A stretch of 34,727 nucleotides of DNA from Archangiaceae bacterium (GTDB lineage: Bacteria; Myxococcota; Myxococcia; Myxococcales; Myxococcaceae). A model generated the notes under the pieces. The model had not been told where the DNA came from. It ran no database searches and worked only from the letters and a program-made list of their open reading frames with translations. Location: assembly GCA_043750125.1 (NCBI GenBank), contig JAYVCD010000119.1:1-34727 (forward strand). Reading direction: 5' to 3'. A program made the position numbers and the translations under genes. Shown one piece after another: positions 8,403 through 16,932 of this stretch (position 1 is its first letter; each line of letters begins with the position of its first letter).

Positions 8403-9752
8403 TTACGGCTTCGCGTGGTGCTCGAGAAACCGGGTGTCGATGTTCCCGGCGCGAAACGTCTCGTCGCGCAAGATGCGGGCGTGAAGAGGCAGGTTGGTCT
8501 TGATCCCCTGAACGTCGAAGGCATCGATCGCCGCGGTGGCCCGCTCGATGGCTTCGCGGCGGTCGGCCCCGGTGATGATCAGCTTGGCGATCATCGGATC
8601 ATAGTTGGGAGTCACCGCGTCCCCTTCGGCGTAGCCGGCGTCGAGCCGCACTCCGGGCCCGGTGGGGGGGCGAAAGACTTTTAGCGGCCCGGGCGAGGGA
8701 AAGAACTTCACCGGGTCCTCGGCGTAGATCCGGAACTCGAGCGCGTGGCCGGTGCGCGCAATCTGAGCCTGCTGCAGCGTCAGCGGCTCGCCCGCGGCGA
8801 TGCGGAACTGCCAACCGATCAAATCCACCCCGGTCGTGAGCTCGGTCACCGGGTGCTCGACCTGCAGCCGGGCGTTCATCTCGATGAAGTAGATGCCCCC
8901 CTCGCTGTAGAGAAACTCCACCGTCCCGGCGTTGGCATACCCGAAGGCCCGCGCCGCCTTCAGCGCGTGCTCGAACATCTTTTGCCTCAGCGGCTCATTG
9001 GCTCCGTTCTGGAACAGCGGAGCCCCCGCTTCTTCCACCACCTTCTGGTGCCGTCGCTGAATGCTGCATTCCCGCTCGAGGACATGCAGCGTGTGGCCCT
9101 TCAAGTCGCCGAGGATCTGCACTTCGATGTGTCGGGCGCTCGAGAAATAGCGCTCGAGGTAGACCCCTTCCCGGCCGAAGGCGGCCTTCGCGCGATCGGT
9201 ACAGGCGCGGAAAACCTTCTCGAGCTCGGCGGGGCTCTGGGCGACGGCCATTCCGATTCCCCCGCCCCCGCTGGCGGCCTTGCACAACACCGGGTAGCCA
9301 ATCTGCTCGGCCTGCTGGGCGGCGCTCGCCACGTCGGGAACCACGTTCGCCGTCCCCGGAACGACCGGCACCCCCGCTTCCACCACCAGGCGGCGGGCTT
9401 CACTTTTGTCCTTCATCCGTTCCATCGCTTCTGGAGGAGGGCCGATGAAGACCACGCCCGCATTCGAAATCGTCCGGGCGAACTGCGCGTTTTCGGAAAG
9501 GAAGCCGTAGCCGGGATGCACCGCTTCGGCCGAGGTCTTCTTCACCGCTTCCAAAATGGCATTGACGTTGAGGTAGCTGTCTTTGGCCGGCGCGGGCCCC
9601 AGCCGAACGGCTTCGTTGGCTTCCCGGACGAACGGCAGCTTCTCGTCGGCGTCGGAATAGACGGCGACCGTCTGGATTCCCATCGACTGGGCGACGGTGT
9701 TGATGCGCCGGGCAATCTCACCGCGGTTGGCGATCAGGATCTTGCGGAACAT
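8403..9752 (-). CDS. accC: Biotin carboxylase subunit of an acyl-CoA carboxylase
   Basis: KILIANRGEIA, HPGYGFLSEN, GGGGIGM, ERECSIQRRHQK and EMNARLQVEHPVTE motifs. ATG at 9752 preferred (alternative GTG at 9776). Confidence 0.93.
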   Translation of the reverse strand: MFRKILIANRGEIARRINTVAQSMGIQTVAVYSDADEKLPFVREANEAVRLGPAPAKDSYLNVNAILEAVKKTSAEAVHPGYGFLSENAQFARTISNAGVVFIGPPPEAMERMKDKSEARRLVVEAGVPVVPGTANVVPDVASAAQQAEQIGYPVLCKAASGGGGIGMAVAQSPAELEKVFRACTDRAKAAFGREGVYLERYFSSARHIEVQILGDLKGHTLHVLERECSIQRRHQKVVEEAGAPLFQNGANEPLRQKMFEHALKAARAFGYANAGTVEFLYSEGGIYFIEMNARLQVEHPVTELTTGVDLIGWQFRIAAGEPLTLQQAQIARTGHALEFRIYAEDPVKFFPSPGPLKVFRPPTGPGVRLDAGYAEGDAVTPNYDPMIAKLIITGADRREAIERATAAIDAFDVQGIKTNLPLHARILRDETFRAGNIDTRFLEHHAKP

Positions 9753-9793
9753 GGTCGGCGGACCGTAGTGGGCCACTGCTTCAGTGACAACGA

Positions 9794-10168
9794 CTACTGC
9801 TTGAGGTGCTCGAAGTCCTGGCTGGTGCGCTCGGTCAGATCGCTGGTGCGCTGCAGCAACACGTCGAGCTCGACGAAGATCGAATCGACCTCGCTTTGCT
9901 TTTTCGGCGCAGGAATGTCGCCCTCGTGGCTCAAGCGATCCAACAAGGTCACCACCCGCAGCAGGTGCTGGTGGGCCAGCAGCAGGTCCCGCCCGGCGCG
10001 GCTGCCTTCCTTGGTGAACAGCACTCCGGACACGTACAGCCGGCCGATCGCGCGCTTGTTCGCCCCGACGACCTTGTTCAGGCGTTCGCGGTAGTGGGTC
10101 AGCCGCCGCGCCAGGCGCGCCTCAGTGAGGTTGACCACCAATGCTGGAGCAGATCTGGGGCGAGGCAA
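9794..10168 (-). CDS. Hypothetical alpha-helical protein
   Basis: 124-aa ORF that fills the gap between fadL and accC on the same strand, with normal codon usage; TTG start is uncertain. Confidence 0.75.
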   Translation of the reverse strand: MPRPRSAPALVVNLTEARLARRLTHYRERLNKVVGANKRAIGRLYVSGVLFTKEGSRAGRDLLLAHQHLLRVVTLLDRLSHEGDIPAPKKQSEVDSIFVELDVLLQRTSDLTERTSQDFEHLKQ

Positions 10169-10183
10169 GGGAAACAGCGAACT

Positions 10184-11437
10184 TCAGGTGACGGGAACCG
10201 TTTCCCGGACCGGCTCGGGCACCGGAGCGCGGGTGGGCGGAGGAGAGCGGTAGCTCAGCGTCAGGCCCACGACCTGGGCCGTTCCGCTGTAGGTGCCTTC
10301 GAACCCGGGGGCCAGGCTCTCACCGCCGGTGAGGGCGACGAACTGGTAGCCGAGATCCACGCCGAAGCCGCTGTCGTGCCGCCAGCCGACGCCCGCGGTG
10401 ACCTTGATGCGGGTCGAGTCGGGAAGGTCCGGAGTCAAAGTGCCCTTCGGGGAAGGCGTCGGGTCGTAGACGACGCCCAACCGCACCGCCACCGACCGGG
10501 TGGGGTTGAACTCGGCGCCGACGTGAACGCTGACCTGATCCACCCAGGCCTTCTTGAGGGGAACGGTCAGATCCGGGTTCTCGAAGTTGATTGCGAGCTC
10601 GGTGAACGAGCTCCACTGAACGAAGTCCGCATCGAGCGAGAGCCGCAGGTTGTCGATCGGCTGAATCGTCAGACCCACGTTCGCCTGGGTCGGAAGAATC
10701 ACCTGCGCGGTGATCGGCTGATCTTTGAGGCGGCCCCCGAGCTCTTCGGGAACGTTTTCGAAGTGGGCGCGGCCCTCGAACTTCATCGTCACCGGGCTGC
10801 GGTAGGTGATGCCGAAGTAGAGCCGTTTTTCGACAACTTCAATCTGCCCGCCGACGTTCCAGCCGAAGCCCCAGGCTCCGCCGCCCAGCACCACGCTGCC
10901 TTCGGTGTCGACGAAGTTCAGACCCCGTTGAATCAACACCGTGCCGCGCACGGCATTGAAGCCGACGCCGAACTTCAGGCGCGGGTGAATCCGGTAGGCG
11001 ATCGTCGGGTTGATGTCGAACATCTGCAGTGACGACTTGATCGCCTTGAACCGCCCTTCCCACGTCGAAGGCCAGCTGCCGGCCGCGCCATACGGAGAAA
11101 ACAGGCCGATGCCGATGGTCAGGTCATCGGTCACCCCGAAGGTCACATACCCGTGCGGAGGCGGAGAGACGGCCAACGGCGAGGCGGTCATGTCCCCATC
11201 TTCGGCGTGGGTGAACTTCAGCAACGGAACGATCAGCGTCACTCCGGCCTGAAGCTCGAAGCCTTTGTGACCCGAGATCCCCGCCGGATTGAAATAGATG
11301 CCCGAGGCGTCATCGATGAACGCGGTGACCGCGCCCCCCATGCCAGTGGCCCGCGAACCGTTTACGTCGAGTTTGAAACCGGCCCCGAAGGCGACCGTGG
11401 AGAGAAGTACCAGCCAGGCTGCAGTGAGCTTGTTCAT
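10184..11437 (-). CDS. fadL: OmpP1/FadL family outer-membrane long-chain fatty acid transporter
   Basis: Signal peptide, then AGF…GMGGA…DDASGIYFNPAG (FadL hatch NPA motif) and TPDLPDSTR. Confidence 0.92.
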   Translation of the reverse strand: MNKLTAAWLVLLSTVAFGAGFKLDVNGSRATGMGGAVTAFIDDASGIYFNPAGISGHKGFELQAGVTLIVPLLKFTHAEDGDMTASPLAVSPPPHGYVTFGVTDDLTIGIGLFSPYGAAGSWPSTWEGRFKAIKSSLQMFDINPTIAYRIHPRLKFGVGFNAVRGTVLIQRGLNFVDTEGSVVLGGGAWGFGWNVGGQIEVVEKRLYFGITYRSPVTMKFEGRAHFENVPEELGGRLKDQPITAQVILPTQANVGLTIQPIDNLRLSLDADFVQWSSFTELAINFENPDLTVPLKKAWVDQVSVHVGAEFNPTRSVAVRLGVVYDPTPSPKGTLTPDLPDSTRIKVTAGVGWRHDSGFGVDLGYQFVALTGGESLAPGFEGTYSGTAQVVGLTLSYRSPPPTRAPVPEPVRETVPVT

Positions 11438-11455
11438 GGTCTTGAGGTCCTTCGG

Positions 11456-14400
11456 TTACGGTGTCGGCTGAGCGCCGGTTGCGAGGAAAGTCGCCATCTG
11501 GGTCTGGCCCTTCGCGCGGGCTGCGGCGCAGTCTGCGTTCGGCATTCCGATCGCGTCGCCCGGGCACGACAGCAGGTAGCTGTGACGCGGTCCGAACGGG
11601 AACCCGGGCCCCGGCTGGGCCAGGGTCACGTACGCCTGGTTCGCCGGAGTCTGGTTGGCGGCGTTGATCAGCTGAAGCGTCGTCGGGTTGGGCAAGACCT
11701 GATCGTTCTCGATGTACTGGATGTAGACCTTGCGTCCCGGGGGGACAGACTGGTTCACGCCGGTCCAGATCGCGTTCTGCGAATCGGCCGGGTCGAGGAT
11801 CATTCTCGCCAACACCATGAACTGATCGAACGCCGGCATTCCCGGACGCAAGCCGAGCGAAGCGAGGTTCCCCAGGAAGGCATCGCGCTGGGCCTGGAAG
11901 CCGGCAGCCGTGAGCAGAACCTGGATCTGATCCGAGCCCGCCACGTTGAGCCCGATGTACTTGAAGTCGGTGTTCACCGCCGACGCCATCGCTCCGTTGA
12001 AGCTGCCCAGGCTCTGTCCCGCATAGTTGATGAGTCCGGTGTTCAAGCGCGCGTTGGGGTCCGCCGCAGCAAGGCGCGCGGCAAGGCTCCCGGTCACCGT
12101 GGACGGGACTTTGAGGATCTTGATCAACATCGCAAAGTCGAGCGGCGCGTACCGGAAGTTGTCGCGCGTCGCGAAGAGGTTGGTGAGGTTCAAGAAGTTC
12201 CACGCTGCAATCGCGGGGGGACTCGAGGCGGAGGCCCGCTTGAAGTCGCCTCCCTCGCAGCGGTTGGCCGCCAGACACAGCCCCTGGCCCTGCGCCTGAC
12301 ACCCGAGATCGCCGCTGACGCCGTCTGCTCCGAAAGCGCAGGTGGCCGGGGTGAAGCTCGTTCGTGCGACGCAGCGCCCGCTGCTCGGGTCGCACTGCTG
12401 GTTGGTCGGGTTGGCGCACGCCGCGTCATCCGAGGCCTGCATCGTGGCCGCGGTCGAGCCGAGGCAGCTGGTCCGCTCACCGTGGTAAGTCACGTCGATC
12501 GCGACCGTGGCGAAGCCCGCCGATGCGGCGGCGTTGGCAAAGGCGATCATGTTGGTGCGGTTGCCGGTCAAGCCGTGACCGAAGACCAGCACCGGGAAGC
12601 CGTTGGTGGGGGTAGCCGATTTTGGAACGGTGATCAGCGCCGGGGCCCGACGAAACTGCGGCAGTCCGGCCGGAGGATTCAAAGTGCCTCCGGGCCCGGT
12701 GAGAATGAACGGAAGCGGAACCTGTGCCTGAAAGACGTTCACCCCAGTAATCAACGAGGGGGGAAACAGTGCCGAGACGTTGTTGACTGAGCTGGGCAGA
12801 GCGACGCTTTCGGGAAGCAGAGCGGGCAACCCGTTGAGCACCTTGAGCACCGAGACCGTGCTTTCCGTCTTGTAGCTGAAGGCGAGCGCCAGGTTGCGCC
12901 GGGGCAGGCCGGCCGCTTCGAGCGCGTCGAACATCGGCTTGAGCGCGGCGCGCGCCGGCTCGAGCGCGGCGGCCTGGAGATCCGAGACGCCGTTGATGGT
13001 GCTCTTCCCGGCGACGAGCAGACTGGCCCGGCTGCGCATCAGCGCGAACGCGGGCGCGGCCATCACTGCCCGGCCGGTGGTGTCTTTGAGCCCGGTGGTC
13101 ATCCAGGCCGCGTAGTTGCTGCGCTCTTCCAGCGGCCGCTGGGGAACGAACTGCAGCTGCTGCGGCGCGGGCTCGATCGAGCCCCCGTCAGGAAAGAAGA
13201 CGCCGGTGCCGCCATCGGACAGCCGGGTCGAGGCACAGTTGAAACAGGCGATCACCTTCGGCTTGAGCGGACCTGCTCCCTGCAGCTTGACGAAGCCGGT
13301 CGTGCCGCCATCGAGCGACGCGGGGTCGATCATGTCGAGGTCGATCGCCCCCCGGGTGTCCGAGTTTTCCGACACGGCCATCGCGGTCAGCGAAAAGCCA
13401 TCGAGCGTGTTGAGCCCCTGCACCAACTGCTGCTGAAGGCCCGGAGTCGTCGGCACCGGGAGGTTGACCTGGGTGCCGCCATCGGGCAGCGGCAAGGTGA
13501 GCAGGTTGTTGGGGAAGGGAATGATTCCCGCCCCGGGGTCGAAGGTCGCCTCAGGCTGATTGACGGTGCGGAAGATCCACATCAACGCCACTTCACTGCG
13601 GGGAACTCCGATCATCGTGTCGATCTGATCGAGCACCGGCGCATACCCGCGGCGAAGCCCTTCGAGGCCCAGCGCCTGGTCCCGGGTCAGAGGGGCGGCG
13701 GTGATCGCCGGCTGGCAATCGGGCGAGGCGAGATCAGCGCAGGTGACCAGCGAGTTTGCGCTGCGAACCAGGGCCCAGGTCTCGGTGCCGACCACCGTTC
13801 CACCCCCGACCTTTTTCACTCCGTTCTTCCCGCCCGCCACCACCAGCGCGAGCAAGCGACCCTTGCCCCAGCTTCCCCCCGGAGGGGCGATCTTCAGCGT
13901 GCGGGTCAGCGGATCGTAACTGAGAATGGGATCCCCGGCGAGGTCTCCACCACTGAGCGGGACGACGAACACCGTATCCGAGGTGATCGAAGCGGGGTCG
14001 AGATCGCCCCCCAACACTTCGGCGGTGCCCACGGCCGAGACCGGGAACCCGTTGAGGGTGTTGAGGTAGTCGGCAGTAAATTCTTTCTGCGCCGCGGTGC
14101 CTGCATCATCGATCGGCGCGTTCACCAGGCCGGTGGTCCGGCTGATTGCCAGATCGTTCGGAGTGGGGACGCTGGGCGGCGAGGCGGCGGGGTTGAACTG
14201 CAGCAGCGTGAAGGCGTTGGCCTTGAAGGTCCAGGCCACGACCAGGTCTCCGCGCTGAACCGAGCCGGTCACGACCTTGTCGACGACCGGCTTGTACTTC
14301 AGCCGCAGGCCCTCGAGCCGGCGCGCCGAATTGGTCTGGTCCGCCAGGCGCCCCGCCGCGTCGTCCTTGATCGCGGAAGGAATGATTTCCGTGGCGGCGC

Positions 14401-14992
14401 GGCAGTTCGTCACCCCGTCTGCTTCGCAGGTGAGCAGCGACTTTTCCGAGCGGATGAAGGCCCACGTCGCGCTGCTGACGACTTTGCGGCCATCTCCACC
14501 CTTGACCCCCGAGCCGCCCCCGATCACCGCGATCGCGTACTGGTTGCCGGGTTTCCAACCTCCGGCCGGAGGCGAGACGTTGATCCGCGCCGGAACCGCC
14601 GCGTCGCCCGTGTCGACGTAGGTGATCGCGCTCGGGGTTACGTCGGTCAGGCCGTCGGTGACGTTGAAGACCCTGACGCTCGAAGCGTTGACGGTCGCGG
14701 CGTCCAGCAGGCCGGTGAAGCTGGTCGAGGCCGTCGCGCTCAGGGGGAACCCATTGAGCGTGTTGAGGTAGGTATAAAATTCGCGATCGATCGCGCTGGC
14801 GTTCTCGGCAATCGGAACTGCCAACAGCCCCGTCGCAGGGTCGGTCGCCAGATCATTGGGCGACGGGACCACAGCCGGAACGGCCGAAGGATCAAACCGG
14901 GCGATGATCAAATCGGGAGCCGGCTCGTTCTTGATCGACGGAGTGCATGCGAACCAGGACAGGCACGCGATGGCGACGGAAAGCTTCTTCAT
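11456..14992 (-). CDS. Large lipoprotein lipase (Pla-1/VolA-like alpha/beta hydrolase) with three tandem N-terminal domains
   Basis: Lipobox WFAC (Cys16); three FDP…P.PN.L…LNTL.GF repeats; oxyanion HGLTG; nucleophile GQSLG; candidate Asp (NDQVLPN) and His (RHSYLL); Cys-rich insert. Confidence 0.85.
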   Translation of the reverse strand: MKKLSVAIACLSWFACTPSIKNEPAPDLIIARFDPSAVPAVVPSPNDLATDPATGLLAVPIAENASAIDREFYTYLNTLNGFPLSATASTSFTGLLDAATVNASSVRVFNVTDGLTDVTPSAITYVDTGDAAVPARINVSPPAGGWKPGNQYAIAVIGGGSGVKGGDGRKVVSSATWAFIRSEKSLLTCEADGVTNCRAATEIIPSAIKDDAAGRLADQTNSARRLEGLRLKYKPVVDKVVTGSVQRGDLVVAWTFKANAFTLLQFNPAASPPSVPTPNDLAISRTTGLVNAPIDDAGTAAQKEFTADYLNTLNGFPVSAVGTAEVLGGDLDPASITSDTVFVVPLSGGDLAGDPILSYDPLTRTLKIAPPGGSWGKGRLLALVVAGGKNGVKKVGGGTVVGTETWALVRSANSLVTCADLASPDCQPAITAAPLTRDQALGLEGLRRGYAPVLDQIDTMIGVPRSEVALMWIFRTVNQPEATFDPGAGIIPFPNNLLTLPLPDGGTQVNLPVPTTPGLQQQLVQGLNTLDGFSLTAMAVSENSDTRGAIDLDMIDPASLDGGTTGFVKLQGAGPLKPKVIACFNCASTRLSDGGTGVFFPDGGSIEPAPQQLQFVPQRPLEERSNYAAWMTTGLKDTTGRAVMAAPAFALMRSRASLLVAGKSTINGVSDLQAAALEPARAALKPMFDALEAAGLPRRNLALAFSYKTESTVSVLKVLNGLPALLPESVALPSSVNNVSALFPPSLITGVNVFQAQVPLPFILTGPGGTLNPPAGLPQFRRAPALITVPKSATPTNGFPVLVFGHGLTGNRTNMIAFANAAASAGFATVAIDVTYHGERTSCLGSTAATMQASDDAACANPTNQQCDPSSGRCVARTSFTPATCAFGADGVSGDLGCQAQGQGLCLAANRCEGGDFKRASASSPPAIAAWNFLNLTNLFATRDNFRYAPLDFAMLIKILKVPSTVTGSLAARLAAADPNARLNTGLINYAGQSLGSFNGAMASAVNTDFKYIGLNVAGSDQIQVLLTAAGFQAQRDAFLGNLASLGLRPGMPAFDQFMVLARMILDPADSQNAIWTGVNQSVPPGRKVYIQYIENDQVLPNPTTLQLINAANQTPANQAYVTLAQPGPGFPFGPRHSYLLSCPGDAIGMPNADCAAARAKGQTQMATFLATGAQPTP

Positions 14993-15102
14993 GGGGAATT
15001 CCTCGTTGCGATGGAACGGGAGGCCGCGCGCTCATAGCAAACTGCCAACACGCCAGTTTGATTTTTGCGTTGAGACGGCAAGGGCCGGGGTAGATACGCC
15101 GG

Positions 15103-15816
15103 GTGGGTTTCGTCCTCGTCTACCTTCGTCTTTATGCCCGTTGTTTCGCGCTGGCCTTCGCGGGAATCGCCAAGAACGCGTGGACCCTGGTGCTGCCGAT
15201 GGGACTGTTCGCCGCCTACCTGCTGCTCTCGGTTCCGATTTCTCGGCTGGGCCCCCTGGCGGGGATCTTCCTGCGGCTCGCCCTCTACTTCGGCTTCAGC
15301 AGCTACCTGTACTTCGCCGCCGGAACCGTCGCCAACCAGCGGGTCGACCTCGCCGACTTGAAGAAGAGCTTCCTCGTCTACTTCTGGAGCTTGATGGGGC
15401 TGTTCTTCGTGATCTGGATTGCAGAGATCATTCTGGGCGCCGTGCTGGCCAGCAACCCGAACAAGAACGTCATTCTTCGCGGGGTCGAATTGGTGGCGTT
15501 CGTCGTGCTCAACCCGGCTCCCGAAATCATCTACCTCAAGGGCACTCGGGCCGGCATGGACACCATCGGCCGCAGCGTGAAGTTCATTCAAGAGACGTGG
15601 ATCGAGTGGTTCATTCCCAATGGGCTGATCGGCCTGGCCGCCTTCTGGTTGTTGAGCCAGCTGAGCGCGTTGCCCGCCGCGGTGACGATCGTCGCGGCCC
15701 TCGTGGGAGGAGCGCTGTTCCACCTGGTGATGGTGTTTCGGGGCCACCTGTTTCAAGCCCTGGACGGCAGCACCCACCGCCAGCGCATGTTCAAGTACAG
15801 CCGAAAAGACGCTTGA
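15103..15816 (+). CDS. Hypothetical integral membrane protein (about 6 TM)
   Basis: Multiple hydrophobic helices, high GC3, divergent from the lipase gene. Confidence 0.8.
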   Translation: MGFVLVYLRLYARCFALAFAGIAKNAWTLVLPMGLFAAYLLLSVPISRLGPLAGIFLRLALYFGFSSYLYFAAGTVANQRVDLADLKKSFLVYFWSLMGLFFVIWIAEIILGAVLASNPNKNVILRGVELVAFVVLNPAPEIIYLKGTRAGMDTIGRSVKFIQETWIEWFIPNGLIGLAAFWLLSQLSALPAAVTIVAALVGGALFHLVMVFRGHLFQALDGSTHRQRMFKYSRKDA

Positions 15817-15823
15817 GCTTTTT

Positions 15824-16879
15824 TCAGTCTTCGGCGGCGACGAGGTCGAAGTCGGGAATCTCGCGTTTCATGTAGTCGCGCATCCGCGCCACCAGCGCCG
15901 ATTCAATCTGTCGGGCGCGCTCGCGGCTGACTCCCCATTGGGCGCCGATGTCCTGCAGGGTGCGGGGCTCGTCGGACATCAAGCGCTGCTCGAAGATGAA
16001 CTGCTCCTTGTCGTTGAGCGTCTTGGCAAAGAGCGCGAGCTTGGTCTTGAACACTTCGCGCAGCTGCGCATTGCCCAAAGACTCTTCGGCGCCGATCGCG
16101 TTCGAAGGCAGGGCCCGGTCCGCGCGGGTCTTCCCGTCGTCCTCTCCCGGGTTGATGGGAGCATCCAGCGACAGCTCGTCGTGGCCCAGGCGCTGGTCCA
16201 TGTCCATCACCTCTTGCTCGGTGACGTTCAGCCGCTGCGCCAGCAGCTTGGGAGTGACCTCGAACCCCTGATTCCGAAGGCGTTCTTGTTCCTGCCGCAG
16301 CTTGAAGAAGAGTTTCCGCTGGGCCTCTGTGGTCCCGAGCTTCACCATCTTCCAGTTGTCCATGATGTAGCGAAGGATGTAGGCGCGGATCCACCACGCC
16401 GCGTAGCTCGACAGCTTCACTCCCCGGGTGGGGTCGAACTTCTTCACCGCCTGCATCAACCCGACGTTTCCTTCCTGAATCAGGTCGAGCAGCTGAATCG
16501 GATTCCGGTGGTACTCGTGCGCGAGCTTCACCACCAGCCGCAGGTTGCTGGCCACCAACCGGTAGGCGGCCTTCACGTCTCCGGTCGCCCGGTACTTTTC
16601 TGCGAGCGCTAACTCTTCTTCCCGGGTCAGCAGCGGGTGCTTGATGACCTCGGACATGTACGCCTGAAGCGGGTCTCTTCGGGCGAGCTTCGAATCGGGG
16701 TCGTCCTCGTCCGCGACCTTGACCGTCAGTGTCCCGCCGGCGTCGATCTCTTCGAGCTCTTCATCGGGGGGCTCGATCTCGGCCGTCTCGTCCGCCGCGA
16801 GCGCAGGCTTGGCCGGCACGTCCTCGACGAGCTCCGCTTCAACCAGGTCCTTTTTTCCCCGCCGTGGCATCCCGTCCAT
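15824..16879 (-). CDS. rpoH: RNA polymerase sigma factor, sigma-32 (RpoH) family
   Basis: NLRLVVKLA, DLIQEGNVGLMQAVKKFDP, SYAAWWIRA, RpoH-box-like QRKLFFKLR and region 4 VSRERARQIE. Which myxobacterial paralogue this is cannot be determined. Start is 16879 or 16870. Confidence 0.9.
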   Translation of the reverse strand: MDGMPRRGKKDLVEAELVEDVPAKPALAADETAEIEPPDEELEEIDAGGTLTVKVADEDDPDSKLARRDPLQAYMSEVIKHPLLTREEELALAEKYRATGDVKAAYRLVASNLRLVVKLAHEYHRNPIQLLDLIQEGNVGLMQAVKKFDPTRGVKLSSYAAWWIRAYILRYIMDNWKMVKLGTTEAQRKLFFKLRQEQERLRNQGFEVTPKLLAQRLNVTEQEVMDMDQRLGHDELSLDAPINPGEDDGKTRADRALPSNAIGAEESLGNAQLREVFKTKLALFAKTLNDKEQFIFEQRLMSDEPRTLQDIGAQWGVSRERARQIESALVARMRDYMKREIPDFDLVAAED

Positions 16880-16932
16880 CAATAACGCAAAGCCGCGCGA
16901 AGGCCCATTGCTCGTGCTACAGGAAACGCGCA

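Noticed and set aside
10248-10262. tRNA-like GTAGCTCAG
   Set aside because: It lies inside fadL, with no T-arm or acceptor stem.
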